A stretch of DNA of 64,000 nucleotides from an uncultured bacterium (lineage in GTDB: Bacteria; Zixibacteria; MSB-5A5; GN15; FEB-12), in NCBI GenBank assembly GCA_965372795.1, contig CBDVDR010000012.1, positions 1-64,000 on the forward strand, in the 5' to 3' direction. Within the stretch, counting starts at the first letter, position 1; every line of letters starts with the position of its first letter. Positions 46,680 through 56,614 of this stretch are shown one piece after another. The translations under genes were made by a program, and so were the position numbers. The notes under the pieces are model-generated. The model was not told the DNA's origin. It saw only the letters and a program-made list of their open reading frames with translations, and searched no databases.

Positions 46680-47477
46680 ATGAAATTTGACATTGAGTTT
46701 ATAAATCATTATTTTAAATTTATGTTAGACAATATTAAAAACTGGTTTTTCCAAGCTCTTGATAATTCTGAAGAGCAATCAAAGTGGCAAAAGAGTGTAG
46801 GAATATTTATAGTTATCCTCATCACTTTCAATGTTGCAGCAGTTATTCTTGAAACTGTAAAAAGTATCAATGCTCAACTTTCTGAATTTTTCTATTATTT
46901 TGAAATCTTTTCTGTAGTAATATTTTCATTAGAATATGTCATTCGTATTTGGAGTTGTACAACTATCCCTAAGTACAAACACCCAATTTATGGACGCATC
47001 AAGTACGGATCTACTTTTTTAACTCTGGTTGATCTATTTGCAATATTACCTTTCTTTTTGCCAATATTTATTGGGCTTGATTTACGATTTATAAGAATAT
47101 TAAGAATGTTTAGATTCTTTAGAATTCTAAAATTGGGCAGGTATTCAAAATCAATGAAAGTTTTGGGAAATGTTTTTAATGCCAAAAAAAGTGAACTCTT
47201 TGTAAGTGTTTTTATAGTGATGATTTTATTATTGATCTCTTCAAGTTTGATGTATTTTGCAGAACATAAATCACAACCCGATATATTCTCAAGTATTCCC
47301 GCAACTATGTGGTGGGGTATTGCAACCCTTACTACAGTTGGATATGGTGATATGTACCCAATCACTGCTCTTGGAAAATTTCTTGGAGCAATCATTTCAT
47401 TACTTGGTATAGGAATGGTAGCTCTACCTGCCGGTATTTTAGCCTCGGGGTTTAGTAACGAATTGAAGGATAATTGA
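46680..47477 (+). CDS. Voltage-gated-type potassium channel (6TM ion transporter)
   Basis: S4 R.IRILRMFRFFRILKLGR; WW...TLTTVGYGD filter; start may be ATG 46722. Confidence 0.92.
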   Translation: MKFDIEFINHYFKFMLDNIKNWFFQALDNSEEQSKWQKSVGIFIVILITFNVAAVILETVKSINAQLSEFFYYFEIFSVVIFSLEYVIRIWSCTTIPKYKHPIYGRIKYGSTFLTLVDLFAILPFFLPIFIGLDLRFIRILRMFRFFRILKLGRYSKSMKVLGNVFNAKKSELFVSVFIVMILLLISSSLMYFAEHKSQPDIFSSIPATMWWGIATLTTVGYGDMYPITALGKFLGAIISLLGIGMVALPAGILASGFSNELKDN

Positions 47478-47589
47478 GTTAGAATTACTCCCCCATTTTC
47501 CCCACTAATTCGTTGGTGAATGAGAAACCGTACCCCTATATAAAAGGAGGAACGGTGAGTTATGTCCAAAATTTATGATTAAAAAATTA

Positions 47590-48030
47590 AAAATCACCCA
47601 AAGTGTACGCCAGAGAAAAACACACAAAGTATGCGAAATACACGAAGTGTGCAAACGAACCCATTTTCATTGTACAAGGATTCGTCATAATGATTTACAG
47701 CAATAAAATGAATATTTTCTGGAGTTTACCAAATGACAGAACTGGCAGGATCGCAGGGATCACTGCCCTACTTGTTGTCAAAAATGAGGAAACGAACCCA
47801 AATAGTTGTAATATTAAATCACAGATGAAGTTACAAGGAAATAAAAGAAAGAGTTACAAAGATAAACATGATAAATATAAACCACACAAAGTGTGAGATT
47901 GCTTCGTCGCTTCTCTCCTCGCAAAGACAAAATTGGCAGGATCACAGGGATCACTGCCCTACTTGTTGTCTAAAAGTGAAGAAACGAACCCATTTTCATT
48001 GTACAAGGATTCGTCATAATGAGTTACAGC
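47590..48030. repeat. Mosaic intergenic repeat block
   Basis: 49-bp direct repeat 47653-47701/47982-48030 (1 mismatch); ~58-bp direct repeat 47743-47800/47934-47992; inverted copy of 45618-45664 at 47883-47929. Confidence 0.85.
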
Positions 48031-48055
48031 GAAAAAGAAATAATTTAGCGTGAAA

Positions 48056-49141
48056 TTATGCGATCAAGCCGCCGGCAAGGAGATAATCACCTTCATAAAA
48101 GACAACCGATTGACCCGGGGTAATCGCTCGTTGGTGATCCTTAAAAGTCACCTGCACCCGATCATCCGGCAAACAGACCAACTCCGCCGGCCCGGGGGTG
48201 TGAAGATAACGAATTTTCACTTCAGCCGAAAATGCCGAAGCGGTCGGTTGCATCCCGACCCAGTTAATCTGTTCCGCAATCAATTCAAATCTAAACAGAG
48301 AATCGTTTTCGCTGACAACAACCCGATTATTGGCCACATCCAGCTCTTTAACATAAAGCGGGGTCGGATGAGTTAAGCCCAGACCTTTGCGTTGCCCGAT
48401 AGTATACAGGGCGGTTCCAAGATGTTGACCGAGGACCTCGCCGTTTTCGTTAACAATTTCGCCCGGTTCGTAATTTCGGTCCTGTTTATGATGATGCTCG
48501 ATTAAAAAGCGGCGGTAATTATCATCGGGAATAAAACATATTTCGCGCGACTCGGCTTTGTCGGCCGTGCGAAGTTTATACTTGCGGGCAATCTCGCGAA
48601 CTTCGCTTTTGAGCAATCCGCCCAAAGGCATCAGAGTTTTCGAGAGTGCTTCCTGCGAGACACCCCAGAGAACATACGACTGGTCGCGGGAACCATCGAT
48701 CCCCTTTTTGATTGTGTATCTTTGATTGGGAAGTTTTTCAATTTTGGCATAATGACCGGTTGCAATATAATCGCATCCAAGTTCGAGAGCTTTTTTTAAA
48801 AAGGTATTCCATTTGACATCGGAGTTACATCGCACACACGGGTTCGGCGTCCGCCCCTGGTCGTATTCGCTGATAAAATCTTTGATAACAGTATCGCGAA
48901 AATGTTCGGACATATTTAAAACATAAAATGGGGCATCAATAGAATCACAAACAATCCGGCAATCGGTGATCGAATCAATCGTGCAGCACCGGCCGTCTTT
49001 GTAAATATCTGCGCCGACATCAACATAGTCCCACAGTTTCATATGAGCGCCGACAACTTCGTACCCCTGCTCTTTCAACAGAAAGGCGGCCACAGATGAA
49101 TCGACACCGCCGGACATAGCTACTAATACTTTTTTACTCAT
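48056..49141 (-). CDS. mnmA: tRNA-specific 2-thiouridylase MnmA
   Basis: AMSGGVDSS, TPNPC..CN, ATGHYA, DQSY, ES..ICF, TIGQRKGL and PGQ motifs. Confidence 0.97.
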   Translation of the reverse strand: MSKKVLVAMSGGVDSSVAAFLLKEQGYEVVGAHMKLWDYVDVGADIYKDGRCCTIDSITDCRIVCDSIDAPFYVLNMSEHFRDTVIKDFISEYDQGRTPNPCVRCNSDVKWNTFLKKALELGCDYIATGHYAKIEKLPNQRYTIKKGIDGSRDQSYVLWGVSQEALSKTLMPLGGLLKSEVREIARKYKLRTADKAESREICFIPDDNYRRFLIEHHHKQDRNYEPGEIVNENGEVLGQHLGTALYTIGQRKGLGLTHPTPLYVKELDVANNRVVVSENDSLFRFELIAEQINWVGMQPTASAFSAEVKIRYLHTPGPAELVCLPDDRVQVTFKDHQRAITPGQSVVFYEGDYLLAGGLIA

Positions 49142-49167
49142 AAGATTTCAGATTTTTTGGCAATAGC

Positions 49168-50346
49168 TCAAGTTGCCTGACTTCCTTTTTTATAAACCGG
49201 CGATAAATCGCGCAGTCTTTCAATTATCGGTGCCAATTCGGTGACTACAAAATCGAGTTGTTCTTTCGTGGTTGATCGTCCCAAAGAAAAACGAATCGCA
49301 CCCTGGGCTCTAAGCGGTGGAATATTCATCGCCGTTAAAACATGCGATGGTTCGGTGGCACCCGAAGTACAGGCTGAACCGGATGAGACAGAGATGCCTT
49401 TGAGATCAAGCCCGAGAACAATCGACTCACCTTCGGCACCAACGAATGACAGATTTACAGTTTGCGGAATCCTATTTGCAGCAGGACTGTTAAGATAAGT
49501 ATCAGGAATATCGTTTTTGACTTGTTCAATGAAATAATCCGCCATTTTTGACAGACGTTCATAATCAGTTTCCCGGCATTTTTCGGCAATCTCCAAAGCT
49601 TTGGCAAGTCCAACCGCCCCGGCAACATTTTCAGTCCCCGGTCGGCGTTTTTTTTCGTGCGACCCGCCATAAATTAACGGTGCGATTTTTACACCGGCAC
49701 GAATAAACAAAGCACCGGTTCCCTTGGGTCCGTAAATTTTATGACCCGTCAACGACATCATATCAACGCCGAGTTCTTTGGCGTCGACCTTGACTTTGCC
49801 GATTGACTGGACCGCATCGGTATGAAAAAGGCTTTGCTTCTTTTTGACAACCTCACAGAGAGCTTTGATATCCTGAATTGCGCCGGTTTCGTTATTGCCG
49901 TGCATCACCGAAACAATTGCGGTATTGTCTTTGACTAAACTTTGAAGTTCATCGACTGATGAAAAACCTTCGCTGTTAACTCCGAGCAGATCCAGCTCGA
50001 ACTCTTTGTTATGATGCAGGTATTCGGCCGGTTCTAAAATAGCATGGTGTTCTGCGGCACCGACGATCAGGTGATTTTTTCTGGCTCCATATTGAAATAT
50101 GGTGCCGAAGATCGCCATGTTATCCGATTCGGTTCCGCCGGAGGTGAAGTATAATTCCTGCGGTTCGCAATTTATAATTTCCGCAATAGTTTCTCTTGAG
50201 TTTTCCAAAGCAACTTTTGCATCTCTTCCAAAGTTGTGAACCGAGCTGGCATTGCCGAATTTTTCGGTCAGATAAGGAAGCATCGCTTCGACAACAGCCT
50301 CGTCTACGGGAGTAGTAGCATTATGATCAAGATATATTTGTTTCAT
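49168..50346 (-). CDS. iscS: Cysteine desulfurase (IscS/NifS group I)
   Basis: YLDHNATT, TSGGTES, HTDAVQ, GHKIYGPKG and SSGSACTS motifs; adjacent to mnmA. Confidence 0.93.
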   Translation of the reverse strand: MKQIYLDHNATTPVDEAVVEAMLPYLTEKFGNASSVHNFGRDAKVALENSRETIAEIINCEPQELYFTSGGTESDNMAIFGTIFQYGARKNHLIVGAAEHHAILEPAEYLHHNKEFELDLLGVNSEGFSSVDELQSLVKDNTAIVSVMHGNNETGAIQDIKALCEVVKKKQSLFHTDAVQSIGKVKVDAKELGVDMMSLTGHKIYGPKGTGALFIRAGVKIAPLIYGGSHEKKRRPGTENVAGAVGLAKALEIAEKCRETDYERLSKMADYFIEQVKNDIPDTYLNSPAANRIPQTVNLSFVGAEGESIVLGLDLKGISVSSGSACTSGATEPSHVLTAMNIPPLRAQGAIRFSLGRSTTKEQLDFVVTELAPIIERLRDLSPVYKKGSQAT

Positions 50347-50412
50347 TTATATTCCTTCTTTATTCCAAACTTATACGCCATCAAGTAATTTTTCTCTAAA
50401 GAAAATTGTAAT

Positions 50413-52347
50413 TTAGAAGGCGTACAATATAGTAAAATGCCATCTATCCGCAAAGTCAAAATAATCAGTTTTTATCCGGCGAGCATAATCGACTCTGATA
50501 GGACCTGCCGGCGAAACTAATTGTAACCCGGTTCCATAACTGAGCGCAAGATGATTAAAATGAAATCCTCTATGGTCTGAAAATCCGTTACCAACATCAA
50601 CAAAGACAGACTGCCAGAGGGGAAAAGTTCTAAGAAGATCATTCAAAACCGGTATGACGCTAAAAAGCTGTAATGTTTTCCAGCGAAATTCCTGATTGAA
50701 AACAACCGTAAAATCGGCTCCTAAGGGAAGGTTATCAGACCCAACCGGACCAAGGGTGTTTTCTCTGAAAGCTCTTATGCTATTGGCTCCACCCAAATAG
50801 AGCCGGTCATTTATTGGAACTACCGAAGAGTTTCCAAAAGCTTCAACGGAGCCTAATTTTATTCTTGTAGCCGAGATCCATCCGGGCCAGACAATCATAT
50901 ACCTTGACCAACTAACTTCAAGGTGAGTAAAATTATCATCACCGCTTAAGATCCCGCCATAATATTCACCAATTATTTCAGTTACGGAACCTCTTCTGGG
51001 TAGAAAAATATTGTCCCGGCTATCACGGCGAAAAGTCAGATACAACTTTCTACGAACCGAGAGAAGGTTTTCCGCTTTTATAATTTCTTCCAATTCTGCC
51101 GAAGCCCCGGAAATTTTAATCGATTCATACTCAAGCCCCACTGTTGTTCTTATTTTATGTCCGAATCTTTTTTGGGAGGCAACTGATAATGACCACGATC
51201 TTATTAAATAGTCCTGTACCGGGTCTTTCAAAGTCGGTTCCCATTCTCCGGTAATAGCCAGAGGCATTCTTAGACCGATGAACCATGGTTCTGTAAATCG
51301 TAAACGATAGCGATGAGTAATTAATTCTACTCCGTCACCTAAAGCTAAAGAGTAGTCGGCAAGGATATCATATCTTCTGGAACCCAAAAAATTCCGTTTA
51401 CCAAATCCACTTGAGATGTCCCAGATCAAATCTTTATAGACCGATTGACCGGCACCGGTTTGGAGCGTGAAATATTTTGGCTTACGTTCTCGCACTCGAA
51501 GGACAAAATCGGGTTGGAGACGGTTAAGGTTTTCTTTTTTATGGTTTAATTGTAAAGTGCTAAAATACCCGGATTCAAACAACCGTCTTTGTGAATCCAG
51601 AATTGTTCTTCGGCGGTAGATGTCGTTATTGTTTATTTTAACTTCTCGCCGGGCAGTATATTCGGGGTAACGGTCAATCCCTTCAATTTCAACCTTTCCA
51701 AAATGAGTCAAAGAATCAGAATCGATATAAAATATTAAGGGAGGCAAATCATTTATTTTAGCAGTATCAACAATATGACTTATTCGAGCGTAGGGATAGC
51801 CTTCGTTGGCAAGAATAGTTTTCATCGCAAAGCCAGCCTGTTGAACTTCAAAAAGATTTAATGGTTTTCCTTTTTTCAACCCATCAGCTATTTTATTAAA
51901 TCCATGTTGAAGCTCTTCGGGATAATTCCCTTTAATCTGCTTATCGCCATAAAAATATTGTTTCCCTTCGTTGATACCAACTCTGATCAAGGCTGATGAA
52001 TCTGGTCTCATCTCAAAAAATTCAACAACAGAAATATTAAGAAATCCTTTTGAAAGATAAATGAATTTTATCTCAAGCGAATCCCGTTCGGGAGTTTCCC
52101 TTTGGATTTTCCTGCGCCGATCTCCTTTGATAACTTTCCAAATGGAATTTTCCCGGGAGTACATCCTCTTTTTAATATGACTGTCAGTAAAATATTCATT
52201 ACCTTCAATTACTATAGAATCGATAACAGGTTTGTCTCTCAGCCATCTCAAATGGGCTTTATCAACAGCCTGGCTATCTTCTGAAGAAAAGACAGAAAAC
52301 AAAATCATAAAAAAAAGAACTGATATGAATAAACGAAATCTTATCAC
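50413..52347 (-). CDS. Omp85 family outer-membrane protein (TamA/BamA-like)
   Basis: About 3 POTRA-like repeats, GGANSIRAF, FVDVGN, G.GL...SPAGPIRVDYA and terminal F. Confidence 0.85.
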   Translation of the reverse strand: MIRFRLFISVLFFMILFSVFSSEDSQAVDKAHLRWLRDKPVIDSIVIEGNEYFTDSHIKKRMYSRENSIWKVIKGDRRRKIQRETPERDSLEIKFIYLSKGFLNISVVEFFEMRPDSSALIRVGINEGKQYFYGDKQIKGNYPEELQHGFNKIADGLKKGKPLNLFEVQQAGFAMKTILANEGYPYARISHIVDTAKINDLPPLIFYIDSDSLTHFGKVEIEGIDRYPEYTARREVKINNNDIYRRRTILDSQRRLFESGYFSTLQLNHKKENLNRLQPDFVLRVRERKPKYFTLQTGAGQSVYKDLIWDISSGFGKRNFLGSRRYDILADYSLALGDGVELITHRYRLRFTEPWFIGLRMPLAITGEWEPTLKDPVQDYLIRSWSLSVASQKRFGHKIRTTVGLEYESIKISGASAELEEIIKAENLLSVRRKLYLTFRRDSRDNIFLPRRGSVTEIIGEYYGGILSGDDNFTHLEVSWSRYMIVWPGWISATRIKLGSVEAFGNSSVVPINDRLYLGGANSIRAFRENTLGPVGSDNLPLGADFTVVFNQEFRWKTLQLFSVIPVLNDLLRTFPLWQSVFVDVGNGFSDHRGFHFNHLALSYGTGLQLVSPAGPIRVDYARRIKTDYFDFADRWHFTILYAF

Positions 52348-52349
52348 TA

Positions 52350-55300
52350 TTAAAATTCCAAATGCAGTTTTAAGTTCAAGTGATACAATTCTTCTTCATC
52401 CCGTCTTCCTTCAACTAAGAAGGCTTTGTTAAAGCGATATTCAAAGCCAACCTCCTGTCCGCTCTGACCGGATAGCTGGGACTTACCATACACATATAAT
52501 CCCTGAGTTGTATAAAAACCAACCGTTATTCGAGTACTTAAAGGATTTGCCAGAGTTCCCGAGTAAGGTTCGATTTCAAATGTTTCCACTCCCACCCCGA
52601 GTTCGTTTAATTGCCGGGCTCCGATTTGCGATACCTGCGATGAAAGTATTCCGGTAAAGCGTTCTTCAAACTGTCCGGTTGAGGAAGTTGTGTCGCCGCT
52701 GTAATAGTTTGCTACAATTAATGGAATGATATCTTCTTTTGAAAAGGTTGAGCCATCGACAGGATTTATATCCGCAGTATCAAGCGTTCCGGTCACATGT
52801 ACTCCAAGCTCAATTAAATCTCTGGTTTCATTTTCTTCAAAAGCAGCTTGTGATAAACCCGGTACTCTGGTGTAGCCGATAAAATCCAGTCGGGGATTAA
52901 ATCGTTCTTCGCCTTCAAACAACACCAGACCGCCTTGTTCCAGACGGAAAGTTTTATCAAACAGATAACCGCGTCCCCGTACAATTTCCATCTCTCCAAT
53001 AAAACGATACTGACCATCATCACGAAGAAGTTTTACCAGTCCGGAAAATTCAGCATCAATGTCTTCATTTTTAATCCAGTAATTGGAAAGGATGTCAATA
53101 TTGATATCAAGGTCCCAAGTATTTTCACCTGATAGTGCCATCATTATAGGTGAGCCTTCATCAGGTTCAGCAAAATTCACAAGATACCTCATGGTCAGCA
53201 AGGTAATATCACCGGTGACCAAAGGAGGGGTATCGCCTTCTATATGCAATTCACCTTCAAGTTTCCCGCGAATATCATCGAGTTCGTAAGCGAAAGGGAA
53301 ATCCTTTTTAATTTCCACATCAAGATCATAAAAAAGATTATCGAAAGAGTTTACAACGATATTTCCTTCGAGATTAGCATACCTTTTTTTGCCGCCCCGT
53401 TTTTTATTTTCGGTTGAATACATTTCCATATTTTCAATAATGATCAGATTATCCCTCATTATTGCAGTTGCCGTATCAACAAATATTGGATGTTCCAGAT
53501 CAAAATATTTTAGGCGGCCGTTTATAATGGTAGCCAGACCTTCAAGATGCGGTTCTTGAGAAGTACCGCTCAGCCTTATATTAGAATAAAAATCTCCATC
53601 AAGCTGTTCTACCGAGGGTAAAATCAGACTGACTAAATCAAAGCGATTGTCTTGTGCCGTAACTCGGAAATCCATCGGTTTATCGGGAAGTCTATCAATG
53701 TTAGCAGAAGTAAAAGCAAGATCAATCGGGAAATATCCATTACCGTAATATAGTCCCGGGTCCGAGAAAATCACGACGCTATCGACTGATAGGATATAGT
53801 CAGAATAATTTAAGGAGGCTGTCATATTGCCCAGGATGAGATCACGATACTCAAGCGAATCAATAGTTCCGTCTACTTTGATTTCGGGTTTAAGGAAGTT
53901 TCCTGCGAGTCTACCATCACAAGAAAGTACTCCCCCCAGATCATAAGAGCCTTCAAATAATTTCACCCATGGTGCAATATCAACCTGTTTTATCAAGATC
54001 GCCATATCCATTGATTCATCAAAATTTACTCTGCCCACTGATGAAAGAAGAGCGTCCTCACTTTTAATGACCGCTTGTAAAAAATCAAAACCAAGAGTAT
54101 CGACTAAAAATTCAATTTCATATTCATTACTAAAGGTTCGATCAAAGAGATTTATGTTCAAAGTATCAAGATGTACCTGAAATGGATATTCACCATAATC
54201 CAGGTAGCCCTTACTGGTCATTACTGCTAACTCGTTTCTAATATTCGCAGTATCAATAAATACTAAATTTGAATCAATCGTGATAATTGCTTTAGCGGTA
54301 TCAAATGGGAGCGACCAGGCTTGACCGGAGAAAAAGTCAACTTCCACTTTTCCCTGTTTACCGGTTAAGAACCGATCAATGTCAAAAGTTGAATAAAGGC
54401 TGTCGGAATATAATCCATAGATCCAAATCGAATCAGAGATAAAATATCCGCTCAAATCCGGGAAAGCTGTTTTACCGGTCAGGGTTGCTTCGCCATAGCC
54501 TCTGCCACCCGGTTGATCGATAAACAATTTCCCGCGATAACGATCAAGATTGTCGAGGTTCGCAATTATGGCCAGGTCGATATCATTTCTGTATTCTACC
54601 TTTCCATTAACAAAAAATCTATTTTCAAAATAGTCGATCCTGAAATAATCACTGAACATAATCGAATCAGTTGTGATAGACATCATCCCTTTAGCAGAAT
54701 GTATCGGATATTTATCAAAAGCTGATTCATACAGATCAGCATCGATATCAATTAGCATTCTTTCTTTTTTAAAGGCTCTTCCGCTTAATTCGATATGTCC
54801 GGATAAATCAGATTCAAAAGAATTATTGACCATGTTTTTCAAATTAAAATTTCTTAGATCGGCAGAGACAAGGTATGTTTTTTCAGGTTTCGTAAAATCA
54901 ATCGCACCCGACCCGTCAACTTTACAATTTCCTAAGAAAGTACCATAGATCGTATCAAAGCTTAAATATTTATCGGCATAATTAAAATCTGTGTAAATAT
55001 TTTGGAAGCTAACCGAAAAGAATTTCCCGCCAATATCTACCGAACCATTAAATTTAGCACCCTCAAAAGATATATTACCATTGAGATCAACTTCACCATT
55101 TAGTTTGGCGCCTGTAAATTGAGTAACATCGTTTATGTCAATATTGTCAATTACAAACTCAACATTCCCCTTAAGAATATCCTCAAAGGAAACATTGCCA
55201 TTAAATTTCATTTTAGTTTTATCAGAGCTTAAAGAGACATCCTGAAAGACAAGTGTTTTGTTATGATAGGTAAGTTTTCCTTCGGCTGACTCAAGAAAAT

Positions 55301-55895
55301 ACTTTTCCTGATTAGACTGGAAAGCTAATGATTTTAACTCAAGAGAATAAGTGTTCTCGGTTAATTTTATTCCTGCTCTAAAATTAAAATCATTGACTAA
55401 AAGAGTATCTTTGTTATCGATAAATTTAAAATTCAGGTTATTGATAATTAACTCATCAACAGCCAGCATTGATAGAATAATTCCGGAACTTTCAGTGTCA
55501 GTTTTCTTTGAAAAATCAGGGATCATCATAGCGCCGGTTGAGTCTTTTTTCAGCATGATTTCGGCTGAGTCAATGGTCAGGTAATCGAAAATATATTTTC
55601 TATCCCATAAATTTGAAAAAGAATAGGCTGCCGTAATTTTTGGGAAATAAATAAGCCGGTAACTGCTGGCTGAATCATCATAGAAGATTGAAAGACTTTT
55701 CAGTTCAATACCAGAGAGTATATTCCCATTGATTTCCCCGATAGTAAATTTAATATCTGATTGTTCTTTAAAGCTTTCGGACAATTGTTTTTGAACAATT
55801 TCTTCAAACCCGCCCAGTTCAAATAGAAACAAAAAGGTTCCACTAACTAAAAGAACTATTATTATCAGCGATATGTAGATTATTTTTTTTAACAT
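52350..55895 (-). CDS. TamB/DUF490 family protein
   Basis: N-terminal anchor, long beta-taco body and C-terminal DUF490-like region (NP.LD..., V.VTGTL); adjacent to the Omp85 gene. Confidence 0.8.
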   Translation of the reverse strand: MLKKIIYISLIIIVLLVSGTFLFLFELGGFEEIVQKQLSESFKEQSDIKFTIGEINGNILSGIELKSLSIFYDDSASSYRLIYFPKITAAYSFSNLWDRKYIFDYLTIDSAEIMLKKDSTGAMMIPDFSKKTDTESSGIILSMLAVDELIINNLNFKFIDNKDTLLVNDFNFRAGIKLTENTYSLELKSLAFQSNQEKYFLESAEGKLTYHNKTLVFQDVSLSSDKTKMKFNGNVSFEDILKGNVEFVIDNIDINDVTQFTGAKLNGEVDLNGNISFEGAKFNGSVDIGGKFFSVSFQNIYTDFNYADKYLSFDTIYGTFLGNCKVDGSGAIDFTKPEKTYLVSADLRNFNLKNMVNNSFESDLSGHIELSGRAFKKERMLIDIDADLYESAFDKYPIHSAKGMMSITTDSIMFSDYFRIDYFENRFFVNGKVEYRNDIDLAIIANLDNLDRYRGKLFIDQPGGRGYGEATLTGKTAFPDLSGYFISDSIWIYGLYSDSLYSTFDIDRFLTGKQGKVEVDFFSGQAWSLPFDTAKAIITIDSNLVFIDTANIRNELAVMTSKGYLDYGEYPFQVHLDTLNINLFDRTFSNEYEIEFLVDTLGFDFLQAVIKSEDALLSSVGRVNFDESMDMAILIKQVDIAPWVKLFEGSYDLGGVLSCDGRLAGNFLKPEIKVDGTIDSLEYRDLILGNMTASLNYSDYILSVDSVVIFSDPGLYYGNGYFPIDLAFTSANIDRLPDKPMDFRVTAQDNRFDLVSLILPSVEQLDGDFYSNIRLSGTSQEPHLEGLATIINGRLKYFDLEHPIFVDTATAIMRDNLIIIENMEMYSTENKKRGGKKRYANLEGNIVVNSFDNLFYDLDVEIKKDFPFAYELDDIRGKLEGELHIEGDTPPLVTGDITLLTMRYLVNFAEPDEGSPIMMALSGENTWDLDINIDILSNYWIKNEDIDAEFSGLVKLLRDDGQYRFIGEMEIVRGRGYLFDKTFRLEQGGLVLFEGEERFNPRLDFIGYTRVPGLSQAAFEENETRDLIELGVHVTGTLDTADINPVDGSTFSKEDIIPLIVANYYSGDTTSSTGQFEERFTGILSSQVSQIGARQLNELGVGVETFEIEPYSGTLANPLSTRITVGFYTTQGLYVYGKSQLSGQSGQEVGFEYRFNKAFLVEGRRDEEELYHLNLKLHLEF

Positions 55896-55906
55896 AATTC
55901 AAACAG

Positions 55907-56569
55907 CTAATTAAGCTCATCTATAATTGAGCAGGCACTTTTATATCCATCACCGGCCGAGATACTGATATCTTCAACAACTTGCCGAACCATCGCAAGG
56001 GATGCGCCCACATTTAAAGAACCTTTAATGTGTGAATAAAGTTGCTTATATTTATTCTCCACCGTTAAAATTGCTACAATTGCAAGTTCACGATCAATGA
56101 TCCCTAATTGGTCTCTTGATAAAACCTTTCCATAACCTTCTACAACCATCCAGCGAAAAATCTCCGGTGCTATTTTTTCAACTTTGTTTTTTAAAGAATC
56201 AAATTTATCAGTGTAAACCAGATTACATAAATTCATACCTCGTTTAAACCATGAATTAGCTTCATCCTCGGTAATTGGATTTAGGCTTACCTGTCCGGGA
56301 TTAACCGGATTGTATTTATCGAGGAATTCCGCAGCGATTAACATCCGGGGGAATCCAAGAAAGAGATATGATTGCAGCATGATTTCATATAAATACTCTG
56401 ATGGAACCAATAGTTGTTTAGATTTTCCCAATATAATTTTAGATGATGATTCATCAGCGAAGGCAATTGCAGCAGCATACATTGACAGGGTACGGCTGAG
56501 GATATTTTCATCCGGTGAAAAGTTGTCAAGCCTTCGATGGAATTCGCCAATGTCTGCTGTTAAATTCAT
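55907..56569 (-). CDS. Carboxymuconolactone decarboxylase (CMD/AhpD-like) family protein
   Basis: E..LQSYLFLGFP, YG.VLSR..L...DREL..VA.L and QL.SH.KG.L.VG motifs. Confidence 0.8.
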   Translation of the reverse strand: MNLTADIGEFHRRLDNFSPDENILSRTLSMYAAAIAFADESSSKIILGKSKQLLVPSEYLYEIMLQSYLFLGFPRMLIAAEFLDKYNPVNPGQVSLNPITEDEANSWFKRGMNLCNLVYTDKFDSLKNKVEKIAPEIFRWMVVEGYGKVLSRDQLGIIDRELAIVAILTVENKYKQLYSHIKGSLNVGASLAMVRQVVEDISISAGDGYKSACSIIDELN

Positions 56570-56614
56570 ACTGTAAAGAAAGATAATATTATAAAAGATA
56601 GCAATGTCAAATTA

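Noticed and set aside
47590..48030. Possible CRISPR array or integron cassette array
   Set aside because: Repeats are of mixed types, number only 2-3 each and are irregularly spaced; no cas or intI gene in the window
46988..48376. ORFs 46988-47569, 47603-47896, 47868-48053 and 48050-48376
   Set aside because: Antisense shadows of the channel or mnmA genes, or translations of the repeat block
48056..50346. mnmA-iscS look GC-richer than their neighbours, possible horizontal transfer
   Set aside because: Impression by eye only and not quantified; this is a normal conserved gene pair with no mobility signal
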